DNA of 64,000 nucleotides from Dipteris shenzhenensis (lineage: Eukaryota): NCBI GenBank assembly GCA_047967505.1, contig CM106538.1, one strand, 5' to 3'. Shown here one piece after another: positions 1 to 11,421 of this stretch (positions are counted from its first letter, which is position 1; the number at the start of each line of letters is the position of its first letter). Under the pieces are notes generated by a model. The model worked only from the letters and a program-made list of their open reading frames with translations, searched no databases and was not told where the DNA came from. The translations under genes and the position numbers were made by a program.

Positions 1-347
1 CAAAAGTAGTTGATGTGCAAAGAGATGACCAAGGGAGAGCTACAACATTTATAGCGGTATGGTATGAGCCAAAGGGCAGGAAGGAGAATATGGATAACAA
101 CACATTGTATACTAATTGTATAATGAAGGAGTGGGTCCCAAATGATGAAGCGGTCTCTCAAGTTTTGACGGAGACAATCATAGTGTCTTGGCATTCAAGG
201 GCAAAGAAATCAAAGAAGTGCATGGGATATGAGGTAGAAGGAAAAATAAAAATACCACAGCAAACTATTTTGCATATACACGAATTTTTAAGGATGCTCG
301 CCATGGAGGAAGTAGAAGGAGATAGCGCAAATGAAGAATATCCATGA
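1..347 (+). pseudogene. 3' end of a second copy of the Sola1/DUF7869-like transposase
   Basis: ORF 15-347 is identical in translation to the C-terminus of ORF 26958-27806. Confidence 0.9.
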
Positions 348-462
348 TTAAAGCTTTGTATTGAAGTCCATTGAAGGATTTTATTTGGGTACTAGGCAAG
401 AAGCCAATCCAAGACAATTATAATCAGAGTCATCACCTCCTATGTCAAATGAGAGTCAAAAT

Positions 463-870
463 ATGCACTGGATGTCACCCAAGGGTCAAGGCTTGCCAAG
501 ACAATAGGGAGTTAATGCAGATGGCACTTGGCAAGGGACTATCACATTGAGCAATAAGACAATGGGGAGTCAATGCACCCAAGGGGCAAGGCTTGGCAAG
601 ATAACTTGTGGGAGTTAATGCAGATGGCACCTGTATTTTGCACTGGATGTCACCCAAGGGTCAAGGCTTGGCAAGACAATAGGGAGTTAATGTAGATGGC
701 ACCTGGCAAGGGACTATCGCATTGAGCAATAAGACAATGGGGAGTCAATGCACCCAAGGGGCAAGGCTTGGCAAGACAAGTGGGAGTCAAATTATGCACA
801 TGGCACCTGGCAAGGGACTGTCGTGACATTGAGCAATAAGACAATGGGGAGTCAAATTATGCAGATGGCA
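463..870. repeat. ~175 bp tandem repeat (about 2.3 copies) downstream of the transposase stop
   Basis: TGCACTGGATGTCACCCAAGGGTCAAGGCTTG recurs ~175 bp apart; built from AAGACAATGGGGAGTCAATGCA-like subunits. Duplicate at 27922-28329. Confidence 0.9.
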
Positions 871-1560
871 TGAATTGAGGCTCTTTAAGAGCAACAATTT
901 AAATTGTAACATATGTTCAATATAAAGACTCTAGCTGAGAGCAACGTCTCTCAATGTAATCATATAATAATAGCTATAATTGCTATCATACCTCTTTGGT
1001 TCAATACAAAACTTGGGTCTTATGGCATCATGTCTTTTTTCTATTTATTAAAAGTTTTAAAAATTTTGTGCATATTGCGAGTGACAATGTTATTTTCATG
1101 AAATATTTAAGTCTCCTTTCATGGATTTATAAATTTATCACGTCAAGGAAAAATATTAAAAATAATTAAATTAACAAATAACTTAGATATAGCTAGAATT
1201 TCTAATATAGGATTATTTCAAATTCTTGCATGTTGGTGCAAAAGTATAGATTGAAAAAACAATATTTTTATGTGAATATGATAGTGCCACAAAGTGAACT
1301 TTTGATATGGGAAGAATATTTTCAGAAAGTAAAATTTTGATTTGGGAAGGATATTTTCACAAAGTAAAGTTTTCATTTGGGAAGGATTTTTGGGCTTCGT
1401 CCAAAAACAACACAAAAGTTCCAAAATTAATGAAATAGGTGTTAAAAGAAGGACTACAATTTCCTTGGTTTATGACCAAAATAGTGCTAAAATAACTCCA
1501 ACGATCCCACCATTGTGGTTGCATGGAGATACATCTAGAAAAATACAATTAAAATTTCAA

Positions 1561-1706
1561 AAAATGCAATTGATGATATGGCCCTTGAGGGGTCCCCTCA
1601 ACATGCCATTTTATCTCGTCACATCCTAGATATTGTATAATGCACATAGGTATGGCCCTCGCCCCTAAAGGGGACCCCTCAAGGGCCATATCATCAATTG
1701 CATTTT
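1561..1706. repeat. Perfect 38-bp inverted repeat with 70-bp spacer
   Basis: AAAATGCAATTGATGATATGGCCCTTGAGGGGTCCCCT (1561-1598) and its exact reverse complement (1669-1706). The duplicate at 29020-29165 has one mismatch. Confidence 0.92.
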
Positions 1707-1829
1707 GCTTGGTTGCACAATGGAATACATTTTCCTTGGTACACAAATATATAAATCCAAGAAACAGCGTGGTAACTTTCATAGATCTCCTCCCATAATA
1801 CATAAAAATAGGTAACGGAGCTATAACTC

Positions 1830-2230
1830 CAAGAACTAGCGTAGTGATCTCTCTAAGACAACCTTGAATTCTGGGCAATGACAGGTGGTCATGCCAGAGA
1901 CTATGCTGAGATGATGCTCAGAATGATAGATTGTGTCCCATTATTACGCAAAAAACTAGCATGGTGGTCTCTCTAAGGCAACTTATGATTTGCATGGGCT
2001 GCAAGCAAAGAAGCGGCAAAAGGCTACATGATGACAAGTGGTCAGAGAGACTATGCTACGGCAATGATAGATTTCATCTAATTACTATGGCAAGAACTAG
2101 CATGGTGGTCTCTCCAAGCCAATCTTCAATTTTAATGATCTTCATGGGTGTGTGCCCAGTGACAGGTGGCAAAGTTGCAACAAAAGGCTGTGCGACAATA
2201 AATGATATGGTGGCATAGGCCAGAGACTAC
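1830..2230. repeat. Degenerate ~130 bp tandem repeat (about 3 copies)
   Basis: AACTAGC(A/G)T(G/A)GTG(G/A)TCTCTC...TGACA(G/A)GTGG...GAGACTA recurs three times. Duplicate at ~29290-29690. Confidence 0.7.
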
Positions 2231-2823
2231 ATTGCGCGAAGAAGTGTAGAGATGCCATGTGTCGAGCTATGCGGTGTTCTGAACAAATAGATTGCATTCA
2301 TTATTATGCCAGTGTGCCTTCATGACGTTGGGAAATCTTTTTTCGAGAGCGCGGGTCCATGCAAAATTCAAATATTCACCTAGAAGCGCATCGCATCGCA
2401 GCCCCAAAATGGCCTCGAAAATAGTTTCACGATTGGCTACACCCAAGCTAACGTTGACCCTTATACCTACATACTTATAAATTTTTTGAAAGAAGGGACA
2501 GAGCAATATGTCTTTTGTTTTATTGATTAAGTACCCATGAGAGGATGAACAACTACCTTGTTCAATGGGAGCTTGTTGAGATTCTCTTGATACATGCTGT
2601 AACAAACATTCACATTTTGTATATGTCACATGTACAAGCCTTGAAGAAGCCAATATTTTTTTGAATGCTAAGGATATCTATAGGAATTTCCCAAAGAAGC
2701 AAGAAGATTATTAGCAATAAGTCCAATGCTAAAGGATTATGCGCGCATAGGCATCAAGATGAACTAGATATTTTTAAGTATGTAAATCATACAAAGACAT
2801 GTCAAAGGGTCGAATAGACCCAA

Positions 2824-2944
2824 AATGACCTATTAGGCTTAATGAGAGCCTTTCAACTATGATAGGGCTAATAATACTAGCCTTAATGACCTATTAGGCT
2901 TAATGAGAGACTTTCAGCAATGCGTGGCTAATAATACTAGACCT
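2824..2944. repeat. Two-copy ~61 bp tandem duplication
   Basis: AATGACCTATTAGGCTTAATGAGAG...GGCTAATAATACTAG occurs twice. Duplicate at ~30283-30403. Confidence 0.85.
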
Positions 2945-3716
2945 AGAAAGGGCTAGATATGAACATTAAAGAAGGGTTAGGACAAAAAGGAGGTAAGAAC
3001 CACCAATTAGTGGTGGTATTAATAAGAGGATGTCAACAATCACCCATTAGGTATTCAAAATCACATATGAATGATTTGCTATTAAAGTGGAAACTTCTAA
3101 GACCTAGTAGTTGGTATCAACTACTAAAAAAGGGGAGGGGTGCTACATGCATGGTTCCATAACTATATCTTAAAGTACACATGGATTTCATATGCAAGTC
3201 TTGACCATGGGTCAAGGTTACTATAATTCAAATTGGATCAGGTGCCTTAAGTTCATTGAACTGCCAATATGAGCACCATGAAATGGTAGGATAAGAGGTG
3301 TATTGATATGAACCACGATTTTCTAGGCTACGAGGTATATTGATATACCCTAGTATGTACCATGATATGGTACATACAAGGGTGTATGAATATGTACCAT
3401 GACCATGATATGATAGGCCAAAAGGAATATTGATATACCCTTTAAATTTTCTCTATTCTAGAAATAGATAGATAGCAAGAAGAGTGATATCTAAGATTTG
3501 TAAGCCTCATCGGTGTCTCTGAGACATGGCTACAATTTTTTACAAAGTCTCGTAGGCCCCTTTCCTAACATGCTATGAGGCCATAGGGGAGGAAGTTATA
3601 CCACTAAGTATTACTAAATAGGGTTAGAATTACATGCACACCTAGTCTTAATTGTAGGAAATTCAAAGTTGAATGACAACTGCCCACAACTCTTAAAGGA
3701 AAACCAAGATCATAGA

Positions 3717-3962
3717 CTCAGGGGGGTCACTATATATAAACTCTCTATATCACGTGCATTCAATGGTTATTTGTAAAATCCCTTATGCATAGATTTTTCA
3801 TTAATAAAATGTACCCTTTTTCTATACAAATCTGTAATTTTTTTCTAAAATCATTTTAAATAATCCCTTATGTAAGTTAAATTCTATAAATTTTAGAAAT
3901 TAAAAATATCCTTTTGTTGAACTCACATGATAGGGTTACATAAGATGAGTGACCCCCTCGAG
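3717..3962 (+). mobile_element. MITE, CTC...GAG family, 8-bp TSD
   Basis: TIRs CTCAGGGGGGTCACT / AGTGACCCCCTCGAG; TSD ATCATAGA at 3709-3716 and 3963-3970; 246 bp; AT-rich interior. Confidence 0.93.
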
Positions 3963-4169
3963 ATCATAGACATGACACTTTCCAAGGTTGAAATCTACCT
4001 TGCCACACTTGAGGGCAAGCCTGACCCCAATGTTCAAGCATACAAAATTGACAATAAAGTACTAGCCAAGTCAAGGAGAAAATCCAAGCCGCCAAGGAGG
4101 AATTTATCAAAGCTAAATAAGGTATGACAAGTGAAGTTGTTTCTTGAGAGGATGATTATTGTTAATCTT

Positions 4170-4918
4170 TGTCATGCTATACATTTGGGTTGGTAGCTTG
4201 GCCAAATGATGGCATCAAGGTAATGCAATTAAGCCCAAATACATTGAAGTTGAAGAGTACATTAGTGAGGTGGAGCCAGAGCCCCTCCTCCCCTCATCTT
4301 GAAATCATGACATATGGGAGCTCCTGTCTCGCTATTCAAAAGCCCGATTTGGATGCTCTCCAAAACTTCACCAGGATGGTGCAGGAGGTGAACGTGAAGG
4401 AGGGGCAACTAGTCTGTTAAGGTCACAAGATTACCATCAATGAAAGCGTGATTGAAAAGGCTCTAGGAATTTCTGGAGGCACTACGCCAGCACACTTTTT
4501 TCAAAAGCAATGGAAAAGACATGATATTCTAGACGTATACCCCAATGCTTAGATTAGTAAAGATGGTGGAGTCAAGATTTTGAGCTTTTGCCAACACATC
4601 TCCAAGTTGTACTGAAGAAGACAATTCACTTCTTTCTTGATACGAGAGGAACCTGCAAGTTCTCGCAGGTTCAAGCGACAGTAGAGCAACTGAAAGGACG
4701 TGATGTATCTTTCTCAAGGGCGATCTCCAAGAGCATGTTAACCAACCTAAAGATTTGCATGAATGGAAAATCCCAATTGTCATCTTAGTCTGCTGGATTT
4801 GGAATGCACTTGATGGCATCCACCCTCAAAGGGATTTTTGAGCAATACGAGAAGCTAATGTCTTAGCACTCATGCAGCAAAGGTAGCGCAACTTGAGAAA
4901 AGTCTCATGGAAGGTGTA
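4170..4918 (+). pseudogene. 5' part of the coiled-coil/RING TE-accessory-like gene, truncated at the duplication breakpoint
   Basis: Same sequence as 31629-32377 but lacks the coiled-coil and RING portion that follows there. Confidence 0.6.
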
Positions 4919-5789
4919 AAGGGAATTTGACATGGTTATAACTTTTCTTTTGAGACACAAGGCAAAAACATTTTTTTTCTCAAAAAAATAAAAAACTACA
5001 CCATAAGGAGAAGTGTTTGATGTAAGGAAGAGATTCTATACAAGGAGGAATTCATAGATTGTTGTCAATGCTCCGGTCGGTGTGAGCTGCAAGATATCAT
5101 TAATGGCTAACATGGAGGCTCAAATAGTCCTAAAGAACCAGCCATATATTGATACCTTGCAACATTTGAAGTCCCAATAACTTAATTTTGGGCAACCAAG
5201 TAAGCCAGCCCCAAGACTTATGAAAGGTCATGCAGATCGCCAAAATAGAAATGTAAGTATTCCTACTTTTTTATTGCTATATTTGTCCATGAAATTTTTA
5301 AATATATTTTTTTTTCAAGTTTCAAGTTTGTTTCCTCACTTATTTTAGAGAATGGATCTAATGCCACCACACTAGTGCCATTCTGACTCTACTCTCTTTG
5401 CAGACAGTGATCTTGTCACCACAATGTAAATATCTTGAGTCAAAGTACAGTTGACCATTTATCTGATCATAATTAAAGAGTTTTCATATGTGTTAATTAT
5501 GGTTAAGAGTTCTTTTAATTGGTCAAAGAAGTGAATACGGTCAAAGGTACTTGAATCTGATCAAGTAAGCCTGATTTCAGTCAGGGAGACTTGGTTTATT
5601 ACCAAGAGGGTTAACTGTGGTTAACCAGAGAACCACAAAGCTAACTACGATCAGAGAGTGTTGACTTCGGTCAATGATACTTGGCATACGCCAAGAGGGT
5701 TAACTATGGTTAACCAAGATGTGCCAACTTCGGTTGGAGAGTTGTGGACTTGGAGTGGGTCGCTTGGGCAGGAATTGGTACATCGATCC

Positions 5790-6880
5790 CTCCATCATCT
5801 TATAGACCCCAGAGGGAGCGGTATGATGCCTTTGGATTTGGGAGGTTATACTCTTATGTGACATTCAGTGGGACCCAGGAGAGTGGTTTTGGCCTAGGAC
5901 ACTCAGACTGGATAGAGGTCTCCTTCTCGTATACCACTCGCATCGGCCATCGTCTATAACTAGAGGCAACAACATGGTCCCCTTCGAGGGAGAGACACTC
6001 GATAGAGCAAGATGTCCCAACAGAGGTCATAGGCCAATTTTCACCCCATATTTGGATGAGTTAGCATCCGCAAAAGATCCCTTACTTCTTCTGGTTGTTG
6101 GCGCAGGGTCTACCCATCAGCCCCTGGCTAGAGCAGATGCAGGTTGATGGCAGATGCATTGGTTGTAGGGAGGGAGTTTTGGAAACCATCCCGCACTATT
6201 TCTGAGGCTGCCACGCTGCACAGTGGATTTAGTTGACGACCCTCAGGATTGTTGCTAGCATACAGATGACGAGCAAGGATTTCATGTGGGGGATGGTGGC
6301 CTAGCTCATGGAGGGAGGCCACGCCTTTGCGATCGACCCTGTCATGCTGGCTTACAAGATACATGGACAGCAGGCTTCCTGGATTGAGATCCATGACACA
6401 CTTCAGCCCACCTGTTCATGCCCACCAGCTCTCTCGGAGGATGGTGTTTCGGAGACCGAACCGTCCTAGCATCATTGCCTAGAACGTATGGGTGGTTAGA
6501 TGCAGCAAGGTGATGAGGCGCCAGTTGATCCCTTCGACGGCTACTCTAGTAGCCATCTGGTAGGATATTATCTTCACATTGTAGGCCATTTGGGAGCACG
6601 GTACTCCAAGCTCGAGAGCGACTGTCGAGAGGCAGGAGCGCTTCTTGCCAGACATGGTCGGTAGGAGTTTTCTACACCCTTTTGGTGAGGGGTACTATTT
6701 GGGAATATAGACCACTAGCATGGTTGCTAGCTCCTGTTTTGGACTCTCTATAGGTGATGAACTGTGAGATTCGGAAACAAATGGTTGTTCTTGTAGCTAA
6801 CAACCGTTTCTTTTCTTGGTTTTCATCAACAACTCTTGTTGGAAGCTGGTTGTATGGTTTTTTCAAGCATTAATAGAATT
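5790..6880 (+). mobile_element. Degenerate L1-type LINE 3' fragment (zf-RVT region)
   Basis: From 6047 it reads HIWMS*HPQKIPYFFWLLAQGLP...RCIGCREGVLETIPHYF*GCHAAQWI*, matching the zf-RVT pattern W..P.K..F.W...LP...C..C....ET..H.F..C..A...W. Later IA*NVWVVRC. Boundaries approximate. Confidence 0.75.
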
Positions 6881-7540
6881 TACTTCTTCATGCCAAAAAA
6901 AATAGGAGGAGGAGGAGCAAAGTGCTCACCACAGAGCATCCACGGCAATGGATTGCTATGGATTTTTAAATTCTTTGGTGAAGCTTGTTTAACTCAGATT
7001 GCTGCAATATATTCTCGGGCATTTTGTGAACTGTTCTACCCCTGTCTCTCTCTCTTGAGTTTGGGTTCTATCTTGTGGAGACATAAGGCCAAAAGTTTTG
7101 AATTACAACATTCCCTGCTCCTCTCATAGGTGTTTCCATTGCACACACCTTAGCCATCTATTGTACCACGACGTGGAAAAACTAGCCACAAAGAGTAGGT
7201 TTTTTTCCAACACGTGAGTCTTGGCTGTGATCTAGCCCAGAAGTTCAAATACTGTCTGCCAGGGCTTCGCTCTCGCTTGGAGAACCGCCACCATAGTACC
7301 GAAACACCAAGCAAGGGCTCCCATGGATACTTGGAACTACCGCAATCTCATGATGGCCAAGAGTGCATACTAGAGATAGATCAATACCTTCACAGAGGCA
7401 CAGGGGCAATGGCCTTTGGGATAGGTTAGGTTCCAGAGACAGCACTCTACGCTATACCATTCTTAAAGACTAGATAATCTAATGAGGAAATTGCCTTATA
7501 CAATTTAACATCATTTAATATTTCAGCATTCTAATGAAAC

Positions 7541-8336
7541 GTAGTCACTAGTAGGGATTGTAAAAATGTACGCATTATGCCTTTCACATGGCACATACCA
7601 AATGAGTTGGAGACCAAATCTTGCGTGGATGTACATCTAGGGTAGCCTAAGAGCCGTGCAGAATTTGATCCCCAATAGACAAGTCCACATGCATATTTGG
7701 TTAGTACGTGCGCCATTTTTCATGCGTAGTCACTAGTAGGGATTGTAAAAATGTAGCATTATACCTTCCACGTGGCACATACCAAATGAGTTGGAGACCA
7801 AATCTTGCGTGGATGTAGGTCTAGGGTAGCCTAAGAGCTGTGCAGAGTTTCATCCCCAACAGATAAGTCAAGATGCATATTTGGTTAGTACGTGTGCCAT
7901 TTTTCATACGTAGTCACTTGTAGGGAGTGCTTGCAAAAATGTATGCATTATACCTTCCACATGGCACATACCAAATCAGTTGGAGACCAAATCTTGCATG
8001 GATGTAGGTCTAGGGTAGCCTAAGAGCCGTGCAAAGTTTTATCCCCAATAGATAAGTCCATGTGCATATTTGGTTAGTACGTGCGCCATTTTTCATACGT
8101 AGTCACTAGTAGGGATTGTAAAAATGATGCATTATACTTTCCACGTGACACATACCAAATCAGTTGGAGACCAAATCTTGCATGGATGTAGGTCTAGGGT
8201 AGCCTTAGAGCTGTGCAAAGTTTCATCCCCAACAGATAAGTCCATGTGCGTATTTGGTTAGTACATGCACCATTTTTCATGCGTAGTCACTAGTAGGGAT
8301 TGTAAAAATGTACACATTATACCTTCCATGTGGCAC
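7541..8336. repeat. ~185 bp tandem repeat (about 4.3 copies)
   Basis: GTAGTCACTAGTAGGGATTGTAAAAATG...GGAGACCAAATCTTGC recurs at ~7541, 7726, 7910, 8099 and 8284. Confidence 0.95.
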
Positions 8337-9592
8337 CAAGATATATGGGTCTATACTAGAGAGAGATCAATATCTTCACAAAGGCACAAGGTTAATAGGC
8401 TTTGGGATAGGCTAGGTTCCAGAGATAGCACTCTACTCTATATCATTATTCATAGACTAGATAATCTACTAAGGAAGTTACCTTATACAAACATCATTGT
8501 ATATTTAAACATCTAATGAACAAAAATTTAATCTTGCAATTGAAGATGGAGATAAATGACATTCATCAATGTGTATCTCAAAACACATGAAAGTCTCTCA
8601 TACCCCCAACTAGATTCATTCCATTAATTTATGCCGCAATCACACAAAAAAAGGTAAAGTCTCCTTATCATGATCATGTACAAAGACTTAGCATTGACCT
8701 TTAAAGTATCTTTTGCATCATTGAACCGAAATTATATCATATCCATAAGTTCATTGTATGAAAAGATAAAATCTCATTACAATCTTGGATCTGCAACTAT
8801 TCGGCTAGAGACCATATACAATCCATGCACGGCCACACGATCAAATGGCCATCGACGATCCATGTAGAGTGCCAAAAATGCATCGTGGGATCTCTATAAT
8901 CATCCAATGGCCTGCGATCAACGCCTTTTTATGGCAATTAGATCTTACAAAGATCTAATGGTTATTAGCCAACCCGCCTTGTGGGAGTCACCCGCCATCA
9001 ACGACATTAACGAAAGACAGTAGCTCCCCATGGCCATTGGATCATGTATGATCCAATGGATCATATTGATCCATTGAATTCCATTTACCCTTTAACATGT
9101 AATTCGATTTACATGGAGTGGGACCATTTTCTCCACCAATGAGGAGGAAGGAGAAATCCTCCATGTTTTTAATACTCCAGCCTCCTCATTGGCCTAGAGG
9201 TTAATCCAAATTCTTAAGGGCCTAATGCAAGAGGCCCTTTATGAGTACAAAGTTCCCAGAATGGCATCACCATGTTCTCGCTTGCCATGAACACCACCAA
9301 AAAGTTCCACATTGTGTCTCATGAGCTTGCGGTGGATGGTTCACACTTGGGCTACGCACTCAAAACACACACAAGGCCAAGAAATTTTCTTTCAAAATTC
9401 AGAAGGCCTCTTTTTAATGGGACTTCATCCTCACACCATTATTAGAATGCGACATGATACTGCAGATCTAGTGGTTCCATTCCTTCAAGATTGTCAAAGC
9501 ATCACTTGAACGGTATTTCTCTGATTTCCCACATCCAAGTAGCCCGAGCTGTTCACAAAGGTGTAATGTGTGCACTAGTGTAAGTCCGCTGC

Positions 9593-9839
9593 CTCGGGGG
9601 GGTCACTATGTATAAACCCTCTATATCACGTGCGTTCAAGGCCTATATTTAAAGTCCCTTATCCGTAAAAAATTTCATTAATAAAATGTACCCCTTTTCT
9701 ATACAAATCTGTAAATTTTTTCCAAAATTATTTTAGATAGTCCCTTATGTATATTTATTTCTGTAAATTTTAGAAATAAAAAAAATCCTTCTGTTGAACT
9801 CACGTGATAGGGTTACATATGATGAGTGATCCCCCCGAG
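9593..9839 (+). mobile_element. MITE, CTC...GAG family, 8-bp TSD
   Basis: TIRs CTCGGGGGGGTCACT / AGTGATCCCCCCGAG; TSD TCCGCTGC at 9585-9592 and 9840-9847. Confidence 0.93.
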
Positions 9840-9889
9840 TCCGCTGCCAACTGAATTCAATGTAGCCAGCTCCTCGTTTGGGGTAGGCC

Positions 9890-11421
9890 ATGGCTAATCT
9901 CATCCAAGATTTTCAAGATATCATGCTCCAGGACGATCCACCACCACAGCTTCTGCCTCACAAACTCGAGGATCATCGCATTGAGTTAGTCCCAGGCTCT
10001 ACCCCTCCCAGTAAGTTTTTGTATCAATTGGAGGCAAAGTTAGAACAACAGCTCACTCAGTTATTACGTACTCGATTTATCCAACCATCCTTATCGCCTT
10101 TTGAGGCTCCAATTTTATTTGTCTAGAAAAAGGATAAGTCAGCACGATTATGGGTCGACTACAAGGCACTCAATAAAATTATGAGTAGCAATAAGTTTCC
10201 AATGTCCTGCATAGAGTACATCTTAAAGCGCTTGAACGGTGCAAATATTTTTCTACGATAGACCTTAAGAGCGGTTATCATCAGGTCTGAATATTTGATG
10301 CGGACATCCCAAAGACAACATTCAAGATAGAGAGAGCTCATTACAAGTTTGTGGATGTTCTCACTGGGCATATAACAATGTGCCTATTCATCATTTTAGA
10401 TGATATCTCGATCTTCTCAACCACACACTTAAAGGATGTGCGAAAAGCTCTCCAGCTTCTATGCAACAATCAATTATATTTAACTGCCAGAAAGAGTGAG
10501 TTCAAACTGATAGAAATCCTATATCTGGGTTATATCATCAATGCCAATGGCATTAGCTTGGACCTCGAAAAGGCTTAAGCAATTGCAAGCTAGACAATCC
10601 CCATGACAACTCAAGAGATTCGATCTTTTGTAGGGCTTTGTTAGGTCTACAACTCTCACATGCCCAATTTCTCCACCACATCAGCACCCTTAACAGATCT
10701 ACTAAAAGTGATTAAGACACGTAGGCAAAAGATTTCTATCAAAGCGCAGCTTTGCAAGCCTTCCACGATCTGCAGTGGTTCGCCACTACAGCTCCTATTA
10801 TGACAATAGCATCTTGAGATGATCCATTCTTGGTCATCACAAATGCAAGCAATGTGGCCATCCAGGATAGTTTTACACCAAAAAGAAAGACTTGTGGCAT
10901 ACTATAGCAGAAATCTCAATGATGCTAAAAAGAATTGCTCGGTCTAAGACAAATAACTACTCGGCATGATCTAAGCATTGAAGCACTGGAAGCCGTTCCT
11001 TCTTGGATGGACTTTCACGGTCAAAACAAACCATCAAGCCTTACAATGGCTGCAAACAAACGGCTAGCACAGAAGACGTAGCTTGCTTATTTATCAAGTA
11101 TTGGTATCCGATTGGAGGATTGCCATGGACCATTACTATGGACATGGATTCCAAATTCACCTTGCATCTCAGGAGAGAGCTCCAAATGTCCAATGCATTC
11201 GATCCACAAATTGACGGGCAATCAGAGGCATGTAATCAATTGGCATTTGACATACTAAAATATTATTGTCATGATGCTCAGTTAAAGTGGGAGTAATACA
11301 CTTGGTATCTAAAGGGGATTCCAAATTCACCTCGCATCTCTGGAGAGCCTTGTTCGAAAACTTTCATACCAAGCTCCAGATGTCCAATGCATTCCATCCA
11401 CAAATTGACAGGCAATCAAAG
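9890..11421 (+). mobile_element. Highly degenerate Ty3/gypsy pol remnant (RT, RNase H, integrase fragments)
   Basis: HRIELVPGSTPP...FIQPSLSPFEAPILFV, then DYKALNKI, IILDDISIFS, YLGYII, and GGLPWTITMDMDSKFT...PQIDGQSE. Many stops and frameshifts; no LTRs found. Confidence 0.85.

Larger units (their letters stand above)
1..4918. repeat. Segmental duplication, copy 1 (runs off the left edge of the window)
   Basis: Matches 27460-32377 at a constant offset of 27,459 bp. About 11 substitutions seen by eye (e.g. 820, 1616, 1683, 2037, 4361, 4534). Identity ends after ...GGAAGGTGTA at 4918/32377. Confidence 0.97.

Noticed and set aside
5254-5403. GTAAGT…TTTGCAG intron-like segment
   Set aside because: Flanking frames contain stops and no recognisable protein.
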